The notes under the pieces: generated by a model
The model's database searches: none
Told to the model about the DNA's origin: nothing
What the model saw: only the letters and a program-made list of their open reading frames with translations
Position numbers and translations under genes: made by a program
In this document: piece after piece, positions 49,028-58,255 of the stretch
Numbering within the stretch: position 1 is the first letter of the stretch
How the letters are laid out: the number at the start of each line of letters is the position of its first letter
Assembly (NCBI GenBank): GCA_020635905.1
Contig: JACJYV010000006.1
Coordinates: forward strand, 24,060-88,059
Source: Bacteroidia bacterium
Lineage (GTDB): Bacteria > Bacteroidota > Bacteroidia > J057 > JADKCL01
Reading direction: 5' to 3'
Length of the DNA: 64,000 nucleotides

Positions 49028-50080
49028 TTATTTTTCCTTGTGAAAAAACACTTTATAATAGTGCATGCCCTTTTCCTCATCAAATCCCCGTTCCACAAAA
49101 CGGTTGATGCCCATATTCTGATCGTCTGATTTGAGGCGAATCTCAATATTGGTATCCAACTGGATCAGGTTTTTGAATTTGCGCTTCATTTTGGCCACTT
49201 CAGGAGCTGAAATATCAAAATTATCCTGAGGCTCAATGGCCCGTTCCTCTTCGTAGCTCTGTTTGAAGGATTTGAAGGTCTCTTTGTATTCTTCCTTTTC
49301 AATCACCTGCTCTGTAAATTCCTCCACATCAAACTTCTCGTTGGCGCTGAAATACTCAATGGATTTGTTCAGAATTTCGATTTGTTCCTTCTTATCTTCC
49401 TGAGGAGCAACCACTTTCTTCACAAACTGACGGCACAGGTCGAGATAGGAGTTGGTATAAAATCCCCCATCCTGGATGCGCTCCACCTTGAGAAAATCAT
49501 CCAGCCAGAAACGGGCCGCTTCGCCACTGGCGCGGTCCACGCTCAGAACGCGGTAGCCATCGCCCTCCTCCGTGTTGAAAATCAGGCAGCCTTTGTCAAG
49601 TTTACGGGTGGGAACACCTTCAACAGCGTCAACTTTGAAACTGTCGTCGTCGAAATGCAGAAAAACGTCCTTATTTTCTGACTTGAAAATCCCGACCGCT
49701 TCCACCATTTCGTCGTTGATGATGATATTGTCGAAAAAAGCCACACAAACCTCTCCCCGCTTGATATTGGGGTGATTGGAGGACTCATACAAGTGGTTCA
49801 CGATATGCACAGACTGGGTCAGAAAGGAGGAAGGGTCTTCAAAAATATTCCCACAAAAGGAAAACATCTCGTTCAGACTGAGGTCGGCCGAGTGGAAAAA
49901 ACGGTGAAATTCATTGGGTTGAAAGGGATCGAGAAACCAATTCCTCAAGATGAGCACCAAATCCTCGTCTTCGAGGGGAAATAGCTCGCGTGAAATGCGC
50001 ACGCCTTCTTCTTCAGTTTTGGACCCAACTTTGTGAATGGCCAGACCTGAAATTATTGTGGGGGAAAATTCTATCAGCAT
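49028..50080 (-). CDS. Nucleoid-associated protein (YejK/NdpA, Bacteroidota type)
   Basis: IHKVG, GIFKSENKD, LDKGCLIFN, FWLDDFL and IQLDTN motifs; acidic. Confidence 0.88.
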   Translation of the reverse strand: MLIEFSPTIISGLAIHKVGSKTEEEGVRISRELFPLEDEDLVLILRNWFLDPFQPNEFHRFFHSADLSLNEMFSFCGNIFEDPSSFLTQSVHIVNHLYESSNHPNIKRGEVCVAFFDNIIINDEMVEAVGIFKSENKDVFLHFDDDSFKVDAVEGVPTRKLDKGCLIFNTEEGDGYRVLSVDRASGEAARFWLDDFLKVERIQDGGFYTNSYLDLCRQFVKKVVAPQEDKKEQIEILNKSIEYFSANEKFDVEEFTEQVIEKEEYKETFKSFKQSYEEERAIEPQDNFDISAPEVAKMKRKFKNLIQLDTNIEIRLKSDDQNMGINRFVERGFDEEKGMHYYKVFFHKEK

Positions 50081-50122
50081 GGCGCGAAGTTAGTAAAAAC
50101 AAGATTTAGCAGCAGGCGAAAG

Positions 50123-51598
50123 CTAATTTATCTTATACAAAAACACCTTCCAGCCTCCATCTTTCAAATCAAATTCCTCCCGGGAAAACTGACTCAAATA
50201 ATCCCCCAATGCCCCTCCAGGAGCTTCAGGGCGCACCACAGCCAGATAATTTGCCCCCAAACCACGCAAATCCTCCGTCACCTGTGCATTGAGAAATTTT
50301 TCCATCACAGACCAGCCATAGCGCCTCGCACGATACAGGATATGAGGTGCCCGAATATCCAGTCCGCCGTAAGAAACGGCCACCAGGGCATCCTTGGGGG
50401 TATTTTGCTGAATCATATACCCTGCCCCCACAGGAATAAATCCCACCTGATAGTAATTTTGCTCTGCAAACCTGAAACCATAAAAGGCAAAGCCCAAAAG
50501 CATGACCAGCCCCGCCATTCGTCCAAAAGCGTAAAGACGGCCTCCCAAAAGTGAGGAAATCCTTTCCATACCCAGTCCTACAGCCAGCGCCAAAGGCGCC
50601 ATCAGGGGAATCTGATAATAATTGTGGACGGCATTCAGGTTGAAAAATACAAACAAGGACAAAAAAGTAGCCAGGAACCAAATCCACAGAGTTTTTCGCT
50701 CCTTTCTACCTGCAAAAATCAATCCCACAGGAGCAAGCAAAAGCCCGGGCGTGCCCAGGATTTCGTACCTGATCCGTTGCAAAATCAGTTCCCAGTTTTC
50801 CCAGTCAACGCGCTGAAACCAACTGCCCAGATACCAGTAAGCCATTTTATCAAAACGATGATACTCAGGCAAAAAACTCCAATCAGGCGCCTGTCCATTG
50901 ACCCGAACCACATGCCTTTCCCAAAGTATAAACAGGATTACGGGAACAATCAGGAGGGGAATTCCCTTTAACAAAAGAGTCCACTTTCTTTGAGAAATCA
51001 GGTAAATCCCGAGGGGCAAAGCAAAATACCAGGCATAAGGCACCTTTACCAGAAAAGCCAGCGACATAAAAAGGGCTCCCAAAATTAACTGAAGGGGATT
51101 TTCATGCCTCAGCCATTGCCACAAATGGTAAAACATGGCGTGGGCGAAAAAGACCGCACAAAAGTCAATGTGGATGGCACGGCTGAAATAAATGCCCAAA
51201 GGCATACTCAGATAAACCAGGGTGGACAGCTTCGCGGCGAACGTATTGGGCAGGATCAAGGTAAGAATACGGTAGAAATAGAAGGCAGCTCCACAGAAAA
51301 ATAGCAGGGTTACCAGCCTGGACCAGAAATGGGCGGGCCCAAACAGGCGGTAAAGTATCGCTGAAAGGGCTTCGGGCAGGGGAAATTCCAGAATGGTGGT
51401 TTTATAACCTCCCATCCAGCAAACGGAAGGATGAAGAATATCAATGCCCTCTTCGTAAAAAGACCAGGCATATTGCGCGGTGTCGCACTGGCGCCAGGTG
51501 TGGGGCCCGTCGATCAATTCCCCAAAATGCAAAAAGCGCATTCCCACCAGAATCACAACCAGAAAAAGGAACCACCAGGGTTGAAAGATTTTGCGCAA
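50123..51598 (-). CDS. GT-C membrane glycosyltransferase (ArnT/PMT, GT39-like)
   Basis: HTWRQCDT and LEFPL in the first periplasmic loop; many TM helices. Confidence 0.8.
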   Translation of the reverse strand: MRKIFQPWWFLFLVVILVGMRFLHFGELIDGPHTWRQCDTAQYAWSFYEEGIDILHPSVCWMGGYKTTILEFPLPEALSAILYRLFGPAHFWSRLVTLLFFCGAAFYFYRILTLILPNTFAAKLSTLVYLSMPLGIYFSRAIHIDFCAVFFAHAMFYHLWQWLRHENPLQLILGALFMSLAFLVKVPYAWYFALPLGIYLISQRKWTLLLKGIPLLIVPVILFILWERHVVRVNGQAPDWSFLPEYHRFDKMAYWYLGSWFQRVDWENWELILQRIRYEILGTPGLLLAPVGLIFAGRKERKTLWIWFLATFLSLFVFFNLNAVHNYYQIPLMAPLALAVGLGMERISSLLGGRLYAFGRMAGLVMLLGFAFYGFRFAEQNYYQVGFIPVGAGYMIQQNTPKDALVAVSYGGLDIRAPHILYRARRYGWSVMEKFLNAQVTEDLRGLGANYLAVVRPEAPGGALGDYLSQFSREEFDLKDGGWKVFLYKIN

Positions 51599-51686
51599 AA
51601 CTCATTCAAATTGAGGCAGGTAAGTTAAGGGAAATCTCCCTGAATATCCCTATTTTTATATCAGACAGTACACAATACTTAGCCAC

Positions 51687-52289
51687 ATGTCCAAGAGAAC
51701 AATCCGGGAGATCCTCGCCGAAACGAAGATCTTGTACAAATTTCACGTGCCTGATATGCTGGAGCAAAAGCTCCCCGTCACCCCCCTCAGCGAGGCCGAA
51801 TTGAGCCTTTGGGAAGCAGAAGCCAACGCCCCTTTCCCCCCTGATTTCAGGTCATATCTGGGACTTTGCAATTTTTTCATCCAGTTTGAATCCCACTTTT
51901 CCACCCTTTCAGGCAAAGAAGCACATCAGATCTGGAAAAAGCTCAACGAGGATCTGAAAATGGGAAAATTTGCAGGTTTGGCTGATCTCAATGAAATTGA
52001 ATTCAATAATTACGGCATTCAGGAAAAGAAAATCAGGAATACCTGGTGGCATCCCAAATGGATTCCCTTCGCCCGCGACACCCACGGCAACCTCAAATGT
52101 GTGGACCTTGATCCCCAGCGCCAGGGGGTGAAAGGACAGATTCTGGAAATGAATTTCAAAGATGGAATCGGGCCCTACATCACGGATTTCGAGTCATTTT
52201 CCGACTACCTTGAATTTCAACTGGATTGTCTGATTGATCACCGTTACCAGGTGATCAACGGGGAAGTTTCCATCGAAGAGGGCATTTAA
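51687..52289 (+). CDS. SMI1/KNR4 family protein
   Basis: WWHPKWIPFARDTHGNLKCVDLDP..GVKGQI; ELSLWEAEANAPFPPDF. Confidence 0.9.
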   Translation: MSKRTIREILAETKILYKFHVPDMLEQKLPVTPLSEAELSLWEAEANAPFPPDFRSYLGLCNFFIQFESHFSTLSGKEAHQIWKKLNEDLKMGKFAGLADLNEIEFNNYGIQEKKIRNTWWHPKWIPFARDTHGNLKCVDLDPQRQGVKGQILEMNFKDGIGPYITDFESFSDYLEFQLDCLIDHRYQVINGEVSIEEGI

Positions 52290-52346
52290 AAGGCAGTTTT
52301 CTCAGAATTTTCCTACCTTGGCAGGCAGATGGATCAAGATTTGCCC

Positions 52347-53081
52347 ATGCCCAAATACGCACTTATTCTTGGCGCGACTTCTGACATTGCCCGTGCAGTT
52401 TCTCAGCAATTTGCAACCCATGGGTATCATTTGTACCTGGCAGGACGAAATTGGGAAGCCATTCACGCAGAAGCCAGCGATCTGAAGATCCGTTTTCAAG
52501 TTGAAGCTGTTCCCGTGCGTTTTGATGTGCTCGATTTTGATTCCCATGCCGCCATTTGGAATGGATTGAATCCCAAACCCGAAGTGGTGGTTTGCGTGGT
52601 GGGTTATATGCCAGAACAGGAAGATTCTCAAAAGGATCTGGCCCTGGCCCGCAAAGTGATGGATTCCAATTTTACGGGATGCGCCAATTTTCTGAACCTG
52701 GTAGCCAATGATTTTGAAGCTCAGAAAACCGGAAGCATCATTGGAGTTTCCTCCGTGGCAGGTGATCGGGGAAGGGCGAAAAACTACCTCTACGGGGCCG
52801 CCAAAGCAGGATTTACGGCTTATCTCAGCGGGCTCAGAAACCGCCTTTCCAAATCGGGTATCCAGGTTTTGACGGTCAAACCTGGCTTTGTGCAAACCCG
52901 CATGACAGAGCACCTGGAACTCAAAGGTGCACTGGTCGCCACGGCTGATCAGGTGGGAAAAGATATTTGGAATGGATTTCGCAAAAAAAAGAACGTAATT
53001 TATACCAAGGGGATTTGGAAATATGTCATGTTGGTCATTCGCCACATTCCTGAGAGGCTATTTAAAAAAATGAACTTATAA
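52347..53081 (+). CDS. SDR oxidoreductase, DprE2-like
   Basis: LGATSDIA, SSVAGDRGR, YLYGAAK, GLRNRL, TVKPGFVQTRMT and HIPERLF motifs. Confidence 0.8.
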   Translation: MPKYALILGATSDIARAVSQQFATHGYHLYLAGRNWEAIHAEASDLKIRFQVEAVPVRFDVLDFDSHAAIWNGLNPKPEVVVCVVGYMPEQEDSQKDLALARKVMDSNFTGCANFLNLVANDFEAQKTGSIIGVSSVAGDRGRAKNYLYGAAKAGFTAYLSGLRNRLSKSGIQVLTVKPGFVQTRMTEHLELKGALVATADQVGKDIWNGFRKKKNVIYTKGIWKYVMLVIRHIPERLFKKMNL

Positions 53082-53084
53082 TCC

Positions 53085-54527
53085 ATGGAGCCCGGGGGGC
53101 ACAAATACAAAATCACCTCTGAAGATGGCTACAGGCTGGCCGGGATGCTCCTTTTTTACCTTGGCTGGGTGCTTTACCATTGGGAAAAACCCTTTTTCTG
53201 GGATACCATTCTCCATGCCAAAGCAGCTTCCTGGTATGTGGAAACTCATTTTGAATCTTTGGTTTTGCCTCAGGGGCTGGATGCCGGGCATACGCCCGGG
53301 TTCAACCTGTATCTTGCAGCAATCTGGTCCCTTTTGGGACGAAATCTGCTGGTCAGTCACCTGGCCATGCTGCCATTTGTACTTGGGGCGGCTGCCTCCT
53401 ATTTTCTGCTGGTGAATCGGGTTTTGCCTGAAAAAGCCCGTCCATTTGCCCTGATTCTGTTCCTGCTGGAACCTGCCTGGCTTACCCAAACCACCCTGAT
53501 CAGTGCAGACCTGGGATTGGTTTGTTTTTTTCTGTTATGCCTGCATTTACAGGTTTCCGGCCAGCGAAAATGGCTGGCTTTGGCCCTGATTGGGCTGGCA
53601 TTTGTCACATTCAGGGGAATTTTTGCCGTTGGGGCGTTGGTTTTGTTGGATATTTTTGAAAACGGAGCCAAAATTCAGGTCAAAGAAATCCTCAAAAAAG
53701 CTCCCTCCTACCTCCCCGTGGCCGTTCTGATCAGCCTTTGGCTGATCTGGCACCACCAAAAAGCGGGCTGGTGGCTGGCCCCTCCCGCCGAAACTTATGG
53801 CGAACATCGCCAGTTGCTGGGGTTGGGCGGCATGCTCAAAAATGTAGCCGTGATTGGCTGGCGCTTCCTCGACACAGGACGGGCCTGGCTTTGGCTCTTT
53901 TTGCTCACCATGCTTACCCTGGGCATCTGGCGCAAATGGAATCCAGACCCTGAATTCAAAAGGCTGGTACGCCTTTTTATCCTGCCCAGCCTGCTGCTCG
54001 GGCTAATATTCGTTCCCTTTTCCAATCCCATTGGCACCCGCTACTTCATGGGCAGTTTTCTGCTGTTTGGGTTGTTGGTAGCCTGGATTTTCACCCGCAT
54101 CCAATCCTCCAAAATTCGCCTCGTCCTGATGATTGGGCTGGGTCTGGGCCTTTTGAGCGGACATTTCTGGATTTATCCTGATTCCATTTCCAAAAACTGG
54201 GATTCCACCCTGGCCCACACGCCCTACTTCAATCAAAGGCAGAATATGGCCGATTTTCTGGCAGAAAACAAAGTGGATCCCAGCCAGATTTGTACGGACT
54301 TCCCCAATATCAACGGCTTTCAGTACACGGATTTGCAAGGACCTGACGCACCCTTTGGCTCTAAATATGAAACAGGCTGGACCAATTGCCAGTTTGTCTG
54401 GTATTCTAATATTTTCAATGGATTTTCTGATCAGGAATTGGAGGATTTGAAAAATCCCAACCAATGGAAACTGATTAGAAAAATGGGAAGCTGGCCTGTC
54501 AGAACTGAATTGTACCAGAAAAAATAG
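53085..54527 (+). CDS. GT-C membrane glycosyltransferase
   Basis: FFWDT acidic loop motif, DAGHTP, many TM helices and a periplasmic C-terminus. Confidence 0.7.
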   Translation: MEPGGHKYKITSEDGYRLAGMLLFYLGWVLYHWEKPFFWDTILHAKAASWYVETHFESLVLPQGLDAGHTPGFNLYLAAIWSLLGRNLLVSHLAMLPFVLGAAASYFLLVNRVLPEKARPFALILFLLEPAWLTQTTLISADLGLVCFFLLCLHLQVSGQRKWLALALIGLAFVTFRGIFAVGALVLLDIFENGAKIQVKEILKKAPSYLPVAVLISLWLIWHHQKAGWWLAPPAETYGEHRQLLGLGGMLKNVAVIGWRFLDTGRAWLWLFLLTMLTLGIWRKWNPDPEFKRLVRLFILPSLLLGLIFVPFSNPIGTRYFMGSFLLFGLLVAWIFTRIQSSKIRLVLMIGLGLGLLSGHFWIYPDSISKNWDSTLAHTPYFNQRQNMADFLAENKVDPSQICTDFPNINGFQYTDLQGPDAPFGSKYETGWTNCQFVWYSNIFNGFSDQELEDLKNPNQWKLIRKMGSWPVRTELYQKK

Positions 54528-54534
54528 GTTCGCT

Positions 54535-56490
54535 TTAAGGTAAAGTATCCTGAGGAAGATTTTCCAGTGGAATCAAATGCCCCACACTGTACCAGCTATC
54601 CCCCTGACGGCCTTCCAACAGTAATTCATCATATCCCCCTTCAACCAGATCAGGAGGCAGGGAAATATCAAACACATTCAGGCCTCCCAGAGGGGAAATT
54701 TCAGGCAGAATTTCCATTTTAAACAATTTCTCACCCTCTTTCAGAAACTTGAGGGTGTAAATGTCATTATTGTCGAGGGCGATGGAAAAGAAGGCAAAAT
54801 GCACCACCCCGGGCATCTGAATATGCAGGGGACGATAGCGCCAGATTCTCACGGACCCGGGCGAAAGAAAGGCGTCGCCTTTCTTTTTGGGAACCTGAAG
54901 GTCTTCCAGTTTCACAAACATGGGCCCGGGATTGCGGTAATATTCCTGGTTGATGAGGTGGTTATACCTGCCCAAATTCATTTTCACTATTTCCTTCAAC
55001 CGCACCCCAGACCAGATGGGCCCACGGGTAATGACCTTCAAATGTTCGTAAAATTCGGCCAGATTCTGGTCAGAAAGCTTGTTTTCGTCTGTGGCCAGCG
55101 TTTCCAGAAAGCCGTCAGGCATGATGCGGGTAAAATGGCCGATGCGCCAGTCGGGGTCTTCCATCATGGGCAGGCGGGAAATGAGGGCGCTGCTCAGCGC
55201 CCAAAGATCGGCCACATGGGCCTGCGGGCCCTTGCTGTAACTGGAAAAGCCCATGGTATCGTAATATTTCACCTCGCGAATGGTCTTGCCCATGGGCGCC
55301 TCATCCAGCTGCCGCTCAGATTTCAGCGCCAGCATTTCATCGTTCAGGTAAAGCAAAGCAGCCTCTTTCAGATACCAGCCCCTTTCGTCCGCCACCCCGT
55401 GGGGGTCGATCAGGCCCTTGCGGGGAGGATCGGGCACTGCCCGCACATACAAGGGGCTGCGCGGATTGAGCAGCCCGGCCAGCGCAAGTATCCCAAAGGG
55501 AATCCATTTGACCTTTCCAACTGGAAAATGCAGCCCCAGCAGGATCATTCCCAGCATAAAAGGAGCAGAAAAAAAGCGGCCAGACATGAAATCTCCTCCT
55601 ATTTTCAGCACATAAAGCAGATACAACAGCAAGCCCAGGGCCAGAGCCAGGCTTTTTCTGCCCGATTTCAAGCCCAGAATCAGGCCTAAAAAAATCACCA
55701 GCAGGGTGACCGGGTCCCAGCGCAGGGAATTGGCATAATACCAAAAGCCTTGTCTGGCCAGATCAAGGGCAGAAATATCTGTATTGAGCTTGGCATAGGC
55801 CGTATTGGGAAAGGGAAATCCGTAATAAATGAGGGCGAAGCCCTCCCAAAAAATAAAGGGCAGAAAGCCCGCCAAACCAGCCAAAAGGCTTTTCCACGAA
55901 CGGACCTGCCACCAGGCAAAGAGCAGGGCAGGCAGATACAGCAAAAGCGTATCCATGCGATTGAAAACCCCTAAACCCGCGATCAGGGCCAGCAGAAAAA
56001 CTGATTTTTCATCTGCACGATCCCCCAGAAAAACCGCGGCAAAAAGCACCAGCAACAGGTGATTGAGGGAATTTTCCAATCCTGAGGTAGAATATTCCAC
56101 AAAGGATTTGGATAGGAAAAAGAGGATCAGAATTCCCAAAAAGCCACTTCCAGTCAGAATTTTCCGGCCAAAAATCCAGAAAGCGATCAAACTGATGCCT
56201 GTGCCCAGCAAAATTGAGGTGAAATAAGCTTCCCCCGTGAAGGCATAAAAAAAGCTCATTACCAGCATCCAAAGGGGATTGGTAAAAGTTTGCACCCGCT
56301 CATCAATATTGAAAACGGGGCCGTAGCCATGCAGAAGGTGAAAACTGGAACGAAAGGTAATGTAGGCGTCGTCGCCTGCCCAGGCATTGCGCAGCACCAC
56401 CACCACAAAAACCAAACCCAGGCCAGATATCCAAAACCAGGGATTGTCCCAGGGCCTGGATCGGACGGAAAGAGTTTCTGTGACTGGCAT
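54535..56490 (-). CDS. AftB-like GT-C glycosyltransferase (arabinofuranosyltransferase-like)
   Basis: DDAYITFR...GYGPVFNIDERVQTFTNPLW, SGLEN, RMD, YYGFPFPNTAYAK, GGDFMSGRF, DERGWY and RIGHF motifs. Confidence 0.8.
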   Translation of the reverse strand: MPVTETLSVRSRPWDNPWFWISGLGLVFVVVVLRNAWAGDDAYITFRSSFHLLHGYGPVFNIDERVQTFTNPLWMLVMSFFYAFTGEAYFTSILLGTGISLIAFWIFGRKILTGSGFLGILILFFLSKSFVEYSTSGLENSLNHLLLVLFAAVFLGDRADEKSVFLLALIAGLGVFNRMDTLLLYLPALLFAWWQVRSWKSLLAGLAGFLPFIFWEGFALIYYGFPFPNTAYAKLNTDISALDLARQGFWYYANSLRWDPVTLLVIFLGLILGLKSGRKSLALALGLLLYLLYVLKIGGDFMSGRFFSAPFMLGMILLGLHFPVGKVKWIPFGILALAGLLNPRSPLYVRAVPDPPRKGLIDPHGVADERGWYLKEAALLYLNDEMLALKSERQLDEAPMGKTIREVKYYDTMGFSSYSKGPQAHVADLWALSSALISRLPMMEDPDWRIGHFTRIMPDGFLETLATDENKLSDQNLAEFYEHLKVITRGPIWSGVRLKEIVKMNLGRYNHLINQEYYRNPGPMFVKLEDLQVPKKKGDAFLSPGSVRIWRYRPLHIQMPGVVHFAFFSIALDNNDIYTLKFLKEGEKLFKMEILPEISPLGGLNVFDISLPPDLVEGGYDELLLEGRQGDSWYSVGHLIPLENLPQDTLP

Positions 56491-56599
56491 TTTCAGGGTT
56501 GACTGGTGTTTCTTGGAATCTGGAAATATCTGGGCGTAAATTTAAGGAAACTCCCCATCCAAACCCTCCCAACATGGATATTTTGGCTAAATTGGTCTG

Positions 56600-58240
56600 A
56601 TGAAGTCTGAAAAAGGGAAAAATGGCTTGTACTGGGCCCTCTTTGCGTGTCTGCCCCTGCTGTATTTTTTTCTTTTTGGACGGTCAGGTTGGTCAGACAC
56701 CGATCAGGGCTTCATTCAGGGTCTCAGCTGGAGAGTTATTTGCGGACAAATTTCCTACCGCGACTTTTTCTACGTCAGACCCCCTCTCAGCCTGTATTTG
56801 CATAGCCTGGAACTGAGATTATTGCCCGAAAACCACGCCATTCTGCTCAGCAGACTCAATTGTTACCTGATGATGGCGGCCAGCGTGCTTTTTTTCAGCC
56901 TTTCGCTCAAAAAAGTCCTGTCCAAAGAGGAAAATATGTGGAACTGGCCCCTGTTTGCCAGCCTTGGCTTTGTGATTTCCGTGCACAACTATCCTCCCAT
57001 GCCCTGGCACACGGTTGACGGCATTTTTTTTGCCTCACTGGGCTTCTTTCTACTCATTTCATTTCCAAACTGGAAAGGAATGGTGCCCGGCATGGCAGCC
57101 CTGTTTCTGGCCGCCCTCTGCAAGCAACCCTTTTATCTGGCTCCCGTTCTGGGATGCGTCTTGATGGCCCTGCAACCTGATTTTAGGGTGATTCGCCTGG
57201 TGCCCCCCTTGGTGACATTATTACTTTGTGTGGGAATTTTTCTGGGCTCACTTTACTCTCTGGATTCTCGCCTGCCCGGCCTGTTTCTGGCCCAAACCTC
57301 TGGTTCCACCTCCCTTCAGGATCTGTTTGCCGCAGGCATTTCACCTTATTTTGTGCCATTTCTTTTGATTTGCGCCCTTCTTTTTACCCGTTGGATTCTG
57401 TTGCGCTGGTTTCCCAGGCAAAAATGGATGGGCCAACTTTTGCAATGGAGTCCTGGATTTTATTTTGCGCTGGCACTTACCATTCTCATGTACCGTGCTT
57501 ACAAAACGGAGGCATTTCAGGCCCCTGGACTGGGTTACAGTCAGCTTTTGCTGTTGGCTTCTGTCTTTTGGGGAACCCATTTTTTCCGTGAAAAACGCGA
57601 AGCAGCCACCCTGATTCTGGCGCTGACGGGCATTTCCTGGGCCGCAGGCATCAGTTGGGGCTACCCTTTTCCCATCATGGCGGCCACGCCTTTGCTGGCG
57701 GGTTCCCTCATGTTTGCCAGAGTGCTTTATCCAGAAAATTTACCCCGTTTCACCCTCCATCTGGCACTGGGATTTTGCATTCTGGTCTCCTTCTATTTGT
57801 ACCAGTTTCCCTATCGCGATTATCCCCGGGCTGAATGTGTGTACAATCTGGGAGATCATTTTCCAAAATTGTCTGGCATCAAAACGGGACCTTTCTTTTA
57901 CGCCAAATATGGGAATCTTGCAGAGGAACTGAGCAAACTGGGTCAGAAAACCTGGATGGTGATGCCCGCCATGCCCCTGGCCCACTATCTTCACGGCCAA
58001 TCTCCCCCTCCCATTGCAGACTGGGTGCACAACGCGGAAATCAACTGGGACAAAAATAGGGCTGAAATCACCCGACGCCTGGATCAGGAGGTGGAAACGG
58101 TGTTTCTGGAGTTGGATAAGCTGGATGAAGCAGAAAAAGGCGGGAAATATGGCGCGAAACTTGCAAGGTATGTGAAGGAAAATTGGAAATCTGCCTATAA
58201 AACTCCCTATTTTGAGGTTTACCAAAACCCGTTTCGTTAA
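56600..58240 (+). CDS. GT-C membrane glycosyltransferase
   Basis: DTDQG...GQISYRDFFYVRPP loop motif; many TM helices. Confidence 0.7.
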   Translation: MKSEKGKNGLYWALFACLPLLYFFLFGRSGWSDTDQGFIQGLSWRVICGQISYRDFFYVRPPLSLYLHSLELRLLPENHAILLSRLNCYLMMAASVLFFSLSLKKVLSKEENMWNWPLFASLGFVISVHNYPPMPWHTVDGIFFASLGFFLLISFPNWKGMVPGMAALFLAALCKQPFYLAPVLGCVLMALQPDFRVIRLVPPLVTLLLCVGIFLGSLYSLDSRLPGLFLAQTSGSTSLQDLFAAGISPYFVPFLLICALLFTRWILLRWFPRQKWMGQLLQWSPGFYFALALTILMYRAYKTEAFQAPGLGYSQLLLLASVFWGTHFFREKREAATLILALTGISWAAGISWGYPFPIMAATPLLAGSLMFARVLYPENLPRFTLHLALGFCILVSFYLYQFPYRDYPRAECVYNLGDHFPKLSGIKTGPFFYAKYGNLAEELSKLGQKTWMVMPAMPLAHYLHGQSPPPIADWVHNAEINWDKNRAEITRRLDQEVETVFLELDKLDEAEKGGKYGAKLARYVKENWKSAYKTPYFEVYQNPFR

Positions 58241-58255
58241 ATTAAACCAAACCTA

